From: Sphyrna mokarran
Lineage: Eukaryota
NCBI GenBank assembly: GCA_024679065.1
Contig: JAGIQG010000001.1
Location: forward strand, 106,888,001 to 106,952,000
DNA length: 64,000 bases
Direction: 5' to 3'
Shown: in pieces, positions 26,787 through 39,199 of the stretch
Position numbering within the stretch: position 1 is the first letter of the stretch
Layout of the letters: every line of letters starts with the position of its first letter
Position numbers and translations under genes: made by a program
The notes under the pieces: model-generated
The model's input: the letters and a program-made list of their open reading frames with translations, nothing else
Told to the model about the DNA's origin: nothing
Database searches by the model: none

Positions 26787-27381
26787 CAGAGTACGAAGTC
26801 TCACAACACCAGGTTAAAGTCCAACAGGTTTATTTGATAGCAAACGCCACTATCTTTTGGGGCTTTGCCCCTTCGTCAGGTGAGTGGGGAGTTCTGATCA
26901 CAAACAGGGCAGATAAAGGTCCACACTCAGCTTGCAAAATACTGATTAAAATGCGAGTCTTTACAGCTAATCAAGTCTTAAAGGTGCAGACAATGTGATT
27001 GGAGATAGCATTAAGCATAAGTTAAAGAGATGTGTATTGTCTCCAGACAGGACAGTAAGTGAGATGTTGCAAACCCAGGCAAGTCACGGGGGTACAAATA
27101 ATGTAACATGAGCCCAATATTCCGGGGTTGAGGCTGTCCTCACGTGTGCGGAACTTGGCTATCAGTCTCTGCTCAGCAACTCTGCGCTGTCCTATGTTGT
27201 GAAAGGCGCCTTGGAGAACGTTTATCCGAAGATCAGAGGCCAAATGCCTGTGACCACTGAAGTGTTTGCCAACAGGAAGAGGACAATCTTGCTACCAAGT
27301 AAACCTGTTAGACTTTAACCTAGTGTTGTGAGACTTCTTACGCGTTTACCCCAGTCCAACGCCGGCATCTCCACATCATGA
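26787..27381. mobile_element. PLE family A copy: inverted EN/3'UTR segment plus direct 3' tail
   Basis: Minus ORF 27022-27243 ASDLRINVLQG...QRRVAEQRLIAKFRTREDSLN (GIY-YIG C-terminus). Plus-strand tail 27292-27380. 13-bp TSD cagaaggattgaa (26774-26786, 27382-27394). Confidence 0.9.
26856..26890 (-). ncRNA. Minimal hammerhead ribozyme motif (mutated)
   Basis: cac-CTGACGA-A-GGGGC-aaa-GCCCC-AAAA-ga-TA-gtg. GAAA is changed to AAAA. Confidence 0.6.
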
Positions 27382-27438
27382 CAGAAGGATTGAAACCAGA
27401 GGACATTGTTTTAAGAAGGAACAACACGGGAAAACTTT

Positions 27439-27742
27439 TTTTAAAGTTTAAAGTTTATTTATTAATGTCACAAGTAGGCTTATGTCAACACTGCAATGAA
27501 GTTACTGTGAAAATCCCCTAGTTGCCATATTCCAATGCCTGTCAGGGTACATTGAGGGAGAATTTAGCATGGCCAATGCACCTAACCAGCACATCTTTGG
27601 ACTGTAGGAGCAAACCAGAGCACTTGGAAGAAACACACGCAGACATGGGAGAACACGCAAACTCCTCACAGACAGTCGCAAATCAAACCCATATCCCTGG
27701 AGCTGTGAGGCAACAGTGCTAGATATTCTGCTACCATGCTGC
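27439..27742 (-). mobile_element. V-SINE with alternative tail
   Basis: Tail ggattttcacagtaacttcattgcagtg...cctacttgtgacattaataaataaactttaaacttt. Confidence 0.85.
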
Positions 27743-30257
27743 AGCAAGTGGTTAGGATCAGGAATATACTATCTGAGAGTGTAGTGGAGGCAAATCAAAA
27801 TTTATCCTTTCTAATGTTGATGTGGAGGTGAAGTTTTATTATCTGGATTTGCCAGTGATGGTCAAGTTACTATTGACTGTGTTCTTGCAATCCAAAAGTT
27901 TCACAATTTTCAGAAATGCCTGAAGAGAAAAGAAAATGTGAAGGGATATAGGGGCAGGTAGATGAATAGGATTGGCTGATCTTTTGTAAGGATCAGCACA
28001 TACATAACGGGCTGAATGCCCTCCTTCTGTGGTGTAACCATTTTCTGATTTTATGAAAAGATCAATTTACTGCATTGCAAAGAGCAACTTTATTAATGCA
28101 AAACTTGTCACAATATTTAAAACGTCACCACATATAACAGAAAGTTGAGGGAAGACCAAGTCCAATCCAGAAAATAAGATGCACAGAACTTCTTTGATAC
28201 AGCAGAATTGAAGGGTCACCATCAGAAAAAATTGAGGAAGTCAATTGACAAAAACTGCAAAATAAAAACCTTAAAAATTCAGGTGACTGAAGAATCAATT
28301 TTGGGAATGTTTATTCATGACTTGCCAAAAGAGAATATTTCCTAACTTACACAGCTGCCTTGTAAGTTGACAGTTCAACTTCACGGCAATCTCTACTATG
28401 TTAATGAGTGACTATACGGTGAAAGGACTAAATAGAAGAGAAATGACATTCCATTCTAAAGGAACAATTGGCCATATAAAAGCAAAGCATGAATAGCTTT
28501 TTTATACAATGTACCTGTGGATTGGGCAGCTTAGTCTTTCCAGCTATTGTCACTTTTCTTTCCAAACCATTCTTTTATTTCTTTGCATTACCACTCTAAG
28601 TAGTATTTGATTTTACCCATAACAAATTATTTATGTACAAGTGTATCCAATGGAGTCGTGACATATTTTCCAATTACACTCCTTTCTTATGTTTTGGTTT
28701 CCATGTTTCCACGCATGATACACATGGCGGTGGCACATTCAGAACTCGGGCAAGTTAACAGAGTTACTAAACTTAAAATATTTTTTGAGAACTATTGCTC
28801 AATAACTTTGGCACATTCCTTTAAAACTACACAGAACACGCAAAGCTCAAGTGTTTACAATCTTACAAATGGTATATAAAGTCATAATTGGGAATTGGAC
28901 TCTCAATCATGCACTGAATGCTTCATAAATATTCCTTTCAGTTACACCCAGTATTCTCTGCTTTTGATGCCTAGATAGGAATTTCCAAAATATTCAGTGA
29001 AGCACTTTTGAAGCAACTGGCAAAAGCGTGGTAAGAAACTGTCCAAATATGTTCTTCATTTCTTGAGAACTTATATTCCTCACACCATCATTGCACGGAA
29101 AGTTATGAGTCAAGTCAGAAGTCCACATCTGACTTCACAGGCTATTCCAGGACTGCATAATAAAACGCAGTTTCGCCAAAGCTACTCGCATGCTAAAACT
29201 ATTTCTTTTTCAAAACATGCATTTCTGGAGGGCAGCTAGGTCACACACCTCATGTCATGTTAATGCCGCTGTCCAGCATAATAACGGACAACTGGATTCA
29301 ACTCATCCAACTTTCTTTTTGTGATATTACCAATGCAGAATGTCTGAGACTGGAGAATGGAAAGAATGGAGAGGGAAAATCAATGCAGCCATTGACTTCT
29401 GTGCAGCAACAGTAGTGTGCGACCTCAATAAAGATCTTTTATTCATTTTAGTTATTCAGCTCACAAAGAATCCTAAAAGACCACCAATCTCATAAATGCG
29501 GTTTGCCTGCAACTTATACGAATAAAATTTATAAAAGAAATGTGAAAAATACTGAATTTTTAAAATGTTTTGAAATTCTGAGCTACTTTTGCTCATTGCC
29601 TTTCACAATCACAGGCAGAAAGACAAACCTCAGATTTACACTAGGCTTGAGGAAGAGTGTTACAGCCCACGGCTGAACTCATGCAGATTTGTACCTGGAT
29701 GAACCTGCCACGTCAGAAGGCATGTGTACAACGTATAGAAACTACATTTTATGCTTTCATATTATCATATTAATACAAATCTGCAATAACCATGTGCGTA
29801 ATACTGAAGTTCTCTCAGTACAAGTATCGTGGTCATTTTGTGCAGTCATGACATTCTATATCTGTTGTTTTCTCATTATGTCTTTGTATTAAGCATACAC
29901 TTTTTTTTTGTCCTAGTGTGTAAAGATTGCTCAGACCTATTGCCCTAATCTGTATAAATGATTGAGACAATGGAGACATTTCCTGGGTCCAGAATTGCCA
30001 TGAGGAGATCTCAGTTTGAGATCTTCCCCAACCCTGCTAGCAATGTTGAAGCTTATGCCCAGAAACTGGATTACCACAGAAGTGACTAAATTTTAATAAT
30101 TAAATGCTTAAAGCTGCTGTTTCTAGGAGTGTTGAATTCTCCCATTCCACATTAGATTTGGGGATGGGGGGGGTCTAACTGCAGCGATTAAAGGGAGAGG
30201 GGGATTGATGCTGTCGAGGATGGATGGATAAATGGAGAGGGAATCTATGCTCTAAAG

Positions 30258-30300
30258 GGAGAGAATGTGAGAGAGAGAGAGAGGAAGAGTGTGTGTGTGT
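30258..30300. repeat. (GA)n/(GT)n microsatellite
   Basis: gagagagagagagaggaagagtgtgtgtgtgt. Confidence 0.8.
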
Positions 30301-31209
30301 CAACCTAAATATTTAGTGGTCGGAGGGGAGGATGCTCCTTCATGATCAAGGGTTGGGTATTCTCCTTGTCTGCAAAGGGTTGTGATGTCTCTAGATGGGA
30401 GGGGGGAATCTGTCACTTTACTTTGAGATCTATTTAAAACGCTCTGTGGAGACAGTCTCGCTGGCACTGAGACTCCGCACAACCAGAATGCAAGAAACGC
30501 CCTCCTGGTTTTTTATTGACAAAGCTGTCAGAAGATCTGGAGTAAAAACCTACTGTGTTTCTGGGGTGAACACACTGGTTTTCAGTCAGAACCAACACCT
30601 TGCCATTTTTCGGAAAATTCTGCCCAATATTGCAAGATCTAGCTTGGAGGATTGAGAACCTTGTGCAATGAGTAAAAGGTATTGCAATTAATTACTGATC
30701 AAATGATTATAAATTAAATGGAGTAAAGGATGATTGTCATTTTCTTTATGGAGTTGACAAATAAATACATTTTTTTAAACAGAGAAGTGAAAACATGTTT
30801 GTTTCTCTCCTGCAAGCTGATTCTGTTTTCAAAGACTGTGCTCCTGTGTTTTCTTCCTCTTCCTTATTTACATGCTTGCCATCAGTGCTACAATCACCAG
30901 ATTTCCATGTATCTGTGTACATGACTGCCACGCCTCTCTCGCATTCTGCAGAGAACACTCTTTTCTTGTTACATCCCTGGCAGCCATGTTGTCATTCACC
31001 TATTCCTACTCACCCTATCTGAAAGGTTTCTCTGCTTTTATACAAGTCTTTGCTCGCCCATCTCAAGTGCAGAATCCATTTATCAGTATTTTTTCTATTT
31101 TTCTGTAAAGGAGTTTTTATTTGTTGCCATGCTTAATCATCAACACCCAATCTGGGAAGTGTTTTGAAATAACAAAGAAAAATATGAGGAAGGTATCAGA
31201 ATGCCCTTT

Positions 31210-31626
31210 TCATAGAATCCTCACAATCAGAAGGAGATCATTTGGCCCACTGAGTCTGCACTTACTATTATCCAGGCTTATCCCATAACCAAACGGAAAA
31301 TGCTGGAAAATCTCAGCAGGTTTGACAGTATCTGTGAAGACAGAATAGAGCCAACATTTCAAGTCTGGATATTTTGCTGAGATTTTGCAGCATTTTCTGT
31401 TTTTGTTTCAGGTTATAGCGCCCGCAGCATTTCGCTTGTATCCCATAACCCCCACTACACTAAGGGGCAATTTCGCACGACCAATCCACCTAACCCACAC
31501 AACTTTGGAGTGTGGGAGGAAACTCCATACAGTCACCCAACGCTGGAATTGAACCTGACTCCCTGGCAATGCTAACCATTGTGCCCTGGTGCTGTGAGGC
31601 AGCAATGCTAACCATTGTGCCACCAT
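31210..31626 (-). mobile_element. HE1-like SINE interrupted by a PLE-derived element
   Basis: Tail at 31210-31290, body and head at 31439-31626. Confidence 0.8.
31291..31438. mobile_element. Fold-back PLE-derived element (family B)
   Basis: gaaaatgctggaaaatctcagca...tgctgagattttgcagcattttc inverted arms. 12-bp TSD tatcccataacc (31279-31290, 31439-31450). Confidence 0.8.
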
Positions 31627-31681
31627 ACTTCTAAAACAATGGTTTTTTTAAAAAAACAGTCCAACTCCATAAAAGCCTCTT

Positions 31682-31970
31682 TAAAAAGACTTGCATTTAT
31701 GTAGCACATTTTTCCACTATTTGATGTCTCAAAGCAATTTACAGCTAATGAAATACTTAATGAAGTACAGTCACTGTACTTTAACATAGGAAACACAGCA
31801 GCTAATTTGCACTCATCGGACTCCCAAAACAACGATGTGGTGATGACCAAATAATCTGTTTGCTGTGACGTTGACTGGAGGATAAATATTGGCAAAGATA
31901 TTGGAATAATCTCTCTGCTCAAAATAGTGCCGTGGGATCTTGAACATCCACTCAAGTATTTTACCCTGAA
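31682..31970 (-). mobile_element. DeuSINE (SacSINE1-like)
   Basis: Reverse strand: gatcccacggcactattttgagcagagag...gccaatatttatcctc...acagattatttggtcat...aaattagctgctgtgtttcct...ataaatgcaagtcttt. Confidence 0.75.
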
Positions 31971-31985
31971 AAGGCAAAGTATTAC

Positions 31986-32245
31986 ATGGTGGTACACTGA
32001 TTAGCATTACTCCCTTAGAGCAACAAGAATCTAAGTTTGAGTGCCTGTGTGGAGTCTGTACGTTTTCCCTGCCTGGGTTTCCTCCCATAATTCAAAAGAC
32101 GTGCTGGTTAGATGCACTGGCCATGCTAAGTTCTCCCTCACTGCATCCAAACAGGCATTGAGTGTGTTGACAAGGGAATTTTCACAGTACTTCATTGCAG
32201 TGCTAATGTAAGCCCATTTTGACACTAATAACTAAACTTTAAACT
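31986..32245 (+). mobile_element. V-SINE with alternative tail
   Basis: Head ggtggtacactgattagcattact, tail ggaattttcacagtacttcattgcagtgctaatgtaagcc...gacactaataactaaactttaaac. Confidence 0.8.
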
Positions 32246-33399
32246 TAGTATCTGAAAAATTTGAACTGGGTAAGCAAGTGATATTTTTCACTACCAAGAT
32301 GCTGCTGTCAGTCCTAAAGATATTCTGCCTGCCACACAATTGAGCATCATCATTTTGATACCAATATAATGCCAGTTACATATAGGCCATATATTCCATT
32401 ATTGCCTGATTGAATCAAAAAGCATGTTCCTTAGGTTGTTCATAGGGGGCAGATAGACCACACTCAACCAGCCTGTGCTTGTAAAACTCAAAACAAAACA
32501 TCTACTATTAGATGTGATTCCACTACTGTGCAGCACTTGCTGAGCAATCCTGAGCATACCAACAGCTACAATAACATCCAATTTAAGATCATATATCTAG
32601 CTCATAGTGTGGTTGACTTACACTTGCTGGAAACAACATATATTCATGTGCAGGCATCCATTCTTTGCAACAAAAGGAAGATGTCCAAACATTGCATCTT
32701 CTTAAATTACCCTAGAATTTCTCATACAGATATAGTCTAATATATTATCAATAGCAGTGCAGTTTGGGAATAAAGGCTGGTTTGCAGGTCTATGATGGGA
32801 AAGTCATGGATGTTAAGATTCAGAATCATGAGATATTTCTACAATCTCCCAACATACAAATCAGACCTCATAAAGTCACACTGAATTGCTAGTACATAAA
32901 CAGTTAATCTGATCTTCTTGCTCTATACCTGTGTTTGAATTGTACACAAGCCTTCCCTCGCAAATGGCCACATGCTCTTCCACACTCTTCTCTCCATATC
33001 CCTCTATTCCTTTTTCTTTCAGGTGTGCATTCTGTCTCGTTACATGTATCACTGAGACCTGCTCTAACCGCTGCACATAGCAATTGATTGCACATGCATA
33101 ATGCACAGGATTATAACACATTCTCTCCTGGCTGCTCAAAGAACAACATAGTGATTTGCTTCATTCCATTTGGAAATAAATTTAAATAGGAAGAATCTTA
33201 GATGTAGGAGGATAACCACAATTTTGATCTGAAGTCAAATTCAGATTCCTAATTTGGGCATAGAGCAAAATCAGAACGCTAAATCCACAACCATCGATGT
33301 GAAGTTTTCTCCCTTTGCAGTGTGTGACTTGAATAGTCAAACTCTGTTCTCAAAAGGGAATTACGGGAATCGAATGGTGTAACTAAGGCAGAGTTTGTA

Positions 33400-33830
33400 A
33401 CCATCTTCAGACAGAGCCAGAAGCAACTGGTGAGGACAGAAAAAGAACCTCCTATGGAGCTGCCTAACAGGTTCACCTTTTTTGATAGCAGTGTGCAAAT
33501 AAAGAAAGACACAGTGGACATAGGTGATTCTTAGACACACAAGGGCAAATGGTTACCCATGGAGAAAACAGTACAGGTAGGAAGAGCATGGTGATTGTGA
33601 GGATTTTATAGTCTTACTGGGTGAGAGCGAAGTTAGATGACTTCTTCTGCAGACGTGACCCAGAGTCCTAAACAGAATGTTGCCTCCCAGGTGCCTTGAA
33701 GCCAATACAAAAAGATATTGAAATGAGACAATGAGCAGCTTGACATCATGCTTATTGTGGGAATCAATGACATAATCAAGAGGAGCTTTGAGGTTCTACA
33801 AAAGGATATCTGATCTAAAATGGGGCTCAT
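33400..33830 (+). mobile_element. CR1 ORF1 (SGNH esterase-like) remnant
   Basis: Broken frames give ELPNRFTFFD, DFIV, FCRRDPES, CCLPGA, IVGINDI and FEVLQKD, in the order of CR1 ORF1 esterase motifs (GDSIV, CLPGA, VGTND). Confidence 0.7.
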
Positions 33831-36344
33831 CTGCTCCAAAACTCTTATCAACATCTCACAACTGAGCAAGCATGATTGAAGTTCTAATGACATGTGCACC
33901 AACAGCACAAGTTTGCTTCGTCACAATAGCACTAACAGGAAAAAAAGTGTTTTCAATTTATGTATTTTTCCTGATTAACATTATAATTTTATATATATTA
34001 GTTTCTGTTCATGGCACTGTCTTGACCTGACAGACGTCACTCTGGTACAGCAATGAATGGCATGTGGTATCTTCAGCCAATTTTTATTCCCATCAAAAAT
34101 ATTGCCAAGCTTCCAAATTCTGCAACAATGCCCCCCGCTGTTTTGCAACTTCAAAAAAATATTTGATGGTTTGTTTGCTCTGAGCATTTTTGTCATCAAC
34201 CGTTCTGGGAAAATTCATGCACAATCAACATAAATGCTTGAAATTTCCACCGGCCAGCCAGCCACACCCTGTGAAACCAAACACTACAGAGATGAAAATG
34301 AGATTTCATGGCATCTAAACAAGATGGATAATTTCTGTGCAGACATGGAAAGCAAAAGATGACTGGCATAGCAATCTGCCTCTGCACCTTAAAGCAGAAC
34401 TACAAAGGGTGGGTGAGGCAGTTACAGAGTTACTGCTTATAACTGCCTCGACTCTTACAGTGGTAGTGAAAGAGCGACAGTATCATCCAATCCTGGTGTA
34501 ATTTAAACCACATGCACTTCATTTCAAGGCATATATACAACACCACCTTGCATTTATATAGCACCTTTAACACAAATAAGCATTCCAAGATGCTTTACCG
34601 AAAATGTAGGCAGACATAAACGCTTCACAGAAGTGTTAGGAGAGATTCTGTTTTATTTATCTTGTCCAAAATTATCTTATGTTCACATAAGTGTGGGTGA
34701 AGAGATATATTTTGTGAAAGTTTCTAAATGGAGGAAGGGAGGATGAGAGGAAAAGGAGTTTGGGTAAGGAGATCCAAAAAGTAGCATTTAAGATTGTTCA
34801 ACAATTATGAGCCAATGAAGTGTTTAATACATTTGTCACTGGACAGCCACATGCGGCTATTTGGGAATCCAGAAATGATTAACTTCAAGTAAATAAAAAA
34901 TGAATAATAGTTATTGTCATTGGGGATGTGATCTCAGTACACATTCACATAGTGCGTGCGAGCAAACATTAACGCTTTCTGTGTGTTTATTGCTAAAATG
35001 GGAAGAATAAATGCAGAGTTTGCAAGTGTCTTTTGATCATTGAAATTGCTTTATTTCCTTAGTTACTGAAATGATGGTAGTTGTTTGTTAAGTACGTATA
35101 CAAGTGAAGCAAATGTATCCATACTGTTTGAGTGCATGACAAGTGCAGACAACTAAATTTAGTACATTTAGCTAAAACACAGCCAAACCTGTGGTTCTTA
35201 CCGAACAATGTACATTGAAGACTCAGTATGTGGCTTGCTGGACATTTCAGCAAGTTATTGTACAGGAAGGACAAGTCTGGCTAAGTGTCAAACAAAACTA
35301 AAACTAGTGAATGTAATATTGGCCATGCAACTTGTAAGATTCCTGTGTGCTGAGTTCACATTTGAATTATTTGCAGTTTACAGGGTCAGGAGAAGAAACA
35401 CATAAACTACTCAGTATCCTATACTGGAGATGGAGTAGTGCAGAGTTATTTCTGGCTTATTGACTTTTCAGTAAAACTAAGAAAAAAATTCAAATCAAGA
35501 AGGCCACATAATAGCCAGTACAAAAAAAGTACAAAAAAAGTACAAAAAGTCACGTCGGCACAATATAGTTGCAAGTTCCAATTGTCTTTCTTTGATCATG
35601 TCAGAGTTCCCTACGCTTACTAATATGGTCAGAATGAAAATACGTCATTCCACAGCACAGACATCCCTTACACTGATGAGGACAAAAAGGCAATGAAAAG
35701 AAAACTCAGTCAGAACACTATAGACTGATGAGAAAGATGGAGATTGACATCAGCATTGTAACCGTCAACTGTCCCATTTTGAGACAAGTAAACAACAAAG
35801 CTGTGTTCTCAGTAATACTCATTTTATTGTTTTTACATTCAGATTATGCCAAGATGAGACCAACAATCACTTTAAGTATTATTGCAATTATTAGGCACTG
35901 CTGGCTTTCTCTTTCTATTGTGCTGCATTCAGCTGTTAAGTTAATATTCTTGAATTACAGATGTACCTATCTGGTGCCCTTTGTCTAAAAATTCTTCTGC
36001 CACACATTTGGAACTGGGGCAAAATGTTTCCCTTCAAAACAACTATCAATATTTTAAATCATCTTCACAGCACTGAAATTTTCAAAGTCTTCACCAACAT
36101 TAACAATAAAAAAATCCAAACTAGATTTACTCTAATTAATTCTACCTGGTTCCAAATATATTAATGCCCCTTCGTACTACTGAGTTTTGATAGCTATATT
36201 CAAGTCTTTGCTGTAGTGTAAATAAATAACTTGATGCTTCACAGACTCTCTTTGAACAATGGTTTGACTCTAGCCATGAATGTTGGTGGATGATGAAACT
36301 CAAAAGCTCACCCTGGCAGCTTTTGCCATTGGATCATTTTAATC

Positions 36345-36510
36345 TGGGTTAAAATCCTGGAACTCTTTTCCTAACAGCACCATGGATGTACCTACACCAG
36401 ATATGCTGCAGTGGTTGAAGGCAGTGGCAGCTCACTACCACCTTCTCAAGGATGGGAAATAAATACTGGTCTAGCCAGCACATCACATGCCATGAAAGAA
36501 TAAATTTTTA
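36345..36510 (+). mobile_element. CR1-group LINE 3' end
   Basis: KSWNS motif, then caccttctcaaggatgggaaataaatactggtctagccagc...ccatgaaagaataaa. Confidence 0.6.
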
Positions 36511-37507
36511 TTAAAGAACATATCAACTGAACACATCTTAACTCATTGCCATTCACATAACCGAGCTGCAACCAGAAAGAAATTCCAAGTGTTTCAATAT
36601 GTAATCAATTTTCTGACCTTACCACCCACTTAACAAGTGGACACTCTTAATGTGACCAAGTACAAAGCCTACTATTAATACAAAATTATTTGAAATCATT
36701 TGCTGTAATATTTACAATGATATGAGTGTTTCTGGAATGTTTGCAGAGCTTGGAAAGTAATGTTTAGCAGGATCAGACTTAAGCAATAGATGAACTATTA
36801 ACACGTTATCTAACTAAGGCACAAATTCAATTTATTAAATGAAAATACAATGACTAGCGCTAGCACCTGTAAAACTGTGCAGTATAAAACTCTTAATGCA
36901 CCTCAGGCTATAGAAAGGACTATTTTAGCTCTTAAAAAAGGAACTGCCAGTTATATGTAAAAGGTATTTCAAGCATAATCTAATTCAAAAATATGGATTT
37001 CCTTTTAATATCAGAATATCAAAATATATGCGCAATATAATTAAATGCCACGGAAACTATACCTTGGGTTGACATTCAACACCAACATGACATACCCAAG
37101 ACATTTGAAAAAAATAAAACTACAAATATATTCTATATATTCTTAACCAGGGGCCCACGTCTTGCAGATCAAGAGACAGTACAACAATTCAAATCACTGT
37201 GCAACGACAGTTGTGAAAATAATCTTTATCTTTGTTCATATAAAGTTAGAAAGACGATTACATTCATGTCCTATAAAAATTCCAAAAAGTTGAGAAAATG
37301 GCATAAAGGTCAAATGTTAAAGTTATAAATAACTTAGAGATCCAACATTACATCAGTTACCTTAACCTCTGACTTATGTCATTACAATACATGGTCATGT
37401 TTACAATCCTCTGGTTAATAGTTCACAGCTTTACACCCCAAATGTAGTCACAGTAAGTGCATTTCATGTATTTTAAGTAGGTTAGTATCTGCCAAGCAAA
37501 AAAAAAA

Positions 37508-38152
37508 TTGTTAACCTTCATTACTTCTGGACACTTTGGACTAAGTACTTGGAATCTTTTCCTGTGGTATTATCTCAGAGCTGTAATCTGAAAAACACCG
37601 AGAGTAAAATCAAGGGGAAATCCTGAAATATCTGTGGATATGTAAGGGAATGTTTGCATTCTTGAAAAGATAAAATAGACCAGTCATCCAAGATATCCCC
37701 ATGAGTGGCCAAGAAATGCAGCGTCAATCAAGCCAGGTTCAAGAATGACCCAGGTTTCACCCAAACTAATACTACAACAAAAGAGCGAACATCAAAAAGA
37801 ACCTCACTCACGCACCCAATGGCAAAGATAGACCATTAAACAGCAGACAGATCAAATACTTCTTCCTGTCAATCAAGGGATTAACTGAACATTTTCAGGA
37901 ATGTAATTAAGTACAAGCTTGGATTCCTAACCAATTCGACATTTTAATTTTAGTAAGGCTAATGAAGCTCAAAGATCACTGATCACAACCACCTGAAAGA
38001 ACTAAGCCAAAACAAAGAGTGGCTGCATTCTTCTGGCATTTTCACAAAATACATACACATGCAAGCACACAGATTATGTTCCTGGGGTAATATCACAGGA
38101 AAAGATTCCAAATATTTGGTCAGAAGTGTCCAGAAGTAATGAATGTTAACAA
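37508..38152. repeat. 83-bp inverted repeat pair around ~480 bp of spacer
   Basis: 37508-37590 equals the reverse complement of 38070-38152, ungapped, about 14 mismatches by hand alignment. Confidence 0.85.
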
Positions 38153-38487
38153 CTTCCTGCAATGCAAAAAACCTAACATTTTTAAGATTTATACTGTTGT
38201 ATAACACAGATGTTCAGTAGGATGATGCAAAATGGCAAAAGATCTGTTCCTGCTGCCTACAATCAACAGTCTCTTCAACCCAAATCATTTCCTGATTTAT
38301 TCCTCTTTTACTCTTGTGATCTTGCTGGTACCCTGGAATATGGGTTTGGCCTTTCACCAGGTACAGCATAAAACGAAAGGACAAAACACAATTGACGGAA
38401 CTCCTCAACAACCAGATTCAACCTCTTTTATTTCTCCACTCCCTAAAGTTCCACTGGTAGCAGTCACTGAAGAATCATGATTCATTT

Positions 38488-38620
38488 GCATCCAGCTACA
38501 GAGGACACCATTCTGTCTACACACAGCTAGAGAGGACACCATTCTGTCTGCACCCAGCCAAAGAGGATATTGTTTTATTTGCACCCAGCTACAGAAGACA
38601 CCATTCTGTCTGCACCCAGC
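38488..38620. repeat. 31-bp minisatellite, ~4.3 units
   Basis: Unit gcacccagctacagaggacaccattctgtct at 38488, 38519, 38550, 38581 and partial at 38612. Confidence 0.9.
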
Positions 38621-38804
38621 ATCCCTGAACACACAATTCCAGTAGGGGTCTCTGCAAAGCCAGCTGAAGCAGGAATCATGTTAATTTTCTGCTCTGGCCA
38701 TTGTAATGCCGCACTCCGTCCTGATGTGTAACAACTCATTCAAACCAGGAATCAAACCCACTCTGATTTCTCTCAGCCATCACAGTCAGGATCTAATAGT
38801 TTAT

Positions 38805-38918
38805 CTCAGTAAGAATTTAGCAACACCAATTTATAATCCAACCGATTTATTTGATAGTAAAAACGCGAGCTTTCGACTCCTGTGTCTTCCTCAGGCAAAT
38901 GCAGTGTTCATATCATGA
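38805..38918 (-). mobile_element. 114-bp PLE-derived insertion (family C)
   Basis: Reverse strand tcaaataaatcggttggattataaattggtgttgct is homologous to the family A tail. Perfect 12-bp TSD ctaatagtttat (38793-38804, 38919-38930). Confidence 0.8.
38864..38897 (-). ncRNA. Minimal hammerhead ribozyme motif, intact core
   Basis: tgc-CTGAGGA-A-GAC-acagga-GTC-GAAA-gc-TC-gcg: stem I tgc/gcg, stem II GAC/GTC, palindromic AGCT at stem III. Confidence 0.7.
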
Positions 38919-39199
38919 CTAATAGTTTATGACAGAGCTTTTGCTGCGCTGCCCACTCGTGTGAACAAAATCTGAAAACACATCTCCACGGAGAAACTTA
39001 TTGCATGCCGCAAAAACTATAAATTTGCTTTTTTTATATTCAAAGATTTTTTTTGCCTTGGTAATTCCATCCGCTTTTCCACTTCTTCTGACATGGACTT
39101 GATGGGACAATAGGCCTCCTTCTGTGCCATATTGATGCTATGACTCTTTTCTCTATCACCATCAAGTCCTTCTTACAGTGACAAAAATGCAGGTCCCTT

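Larger units (their letters stand above)
26060..28055 (+). mobile_element. Old CR1 LINE interrupted by a PLE and a SINE
   Basis: GFPQDSV, SADDIK, FNAEKCEVIHF motifs. Resumes after 27381 and after 27742, ends gggctgaatgccctccttctgtggtgtaacc. Confidence 0.8.

Noticed and set aside
31566-31621. 20-bp direct duplication gcaatgctaaccattgtgcc in a SINE head
   Set aside because: Local duplication in a single copy; no wider pattern.
35517-35550. agtacaaaaaa x3
   Set aside because: Trivial slippage repeat.
38488-38620. Regular repeats as a CRISPR array
   Set aside because: Head-to-tail units with no unique spacers, vertebrate context, no cas genes.
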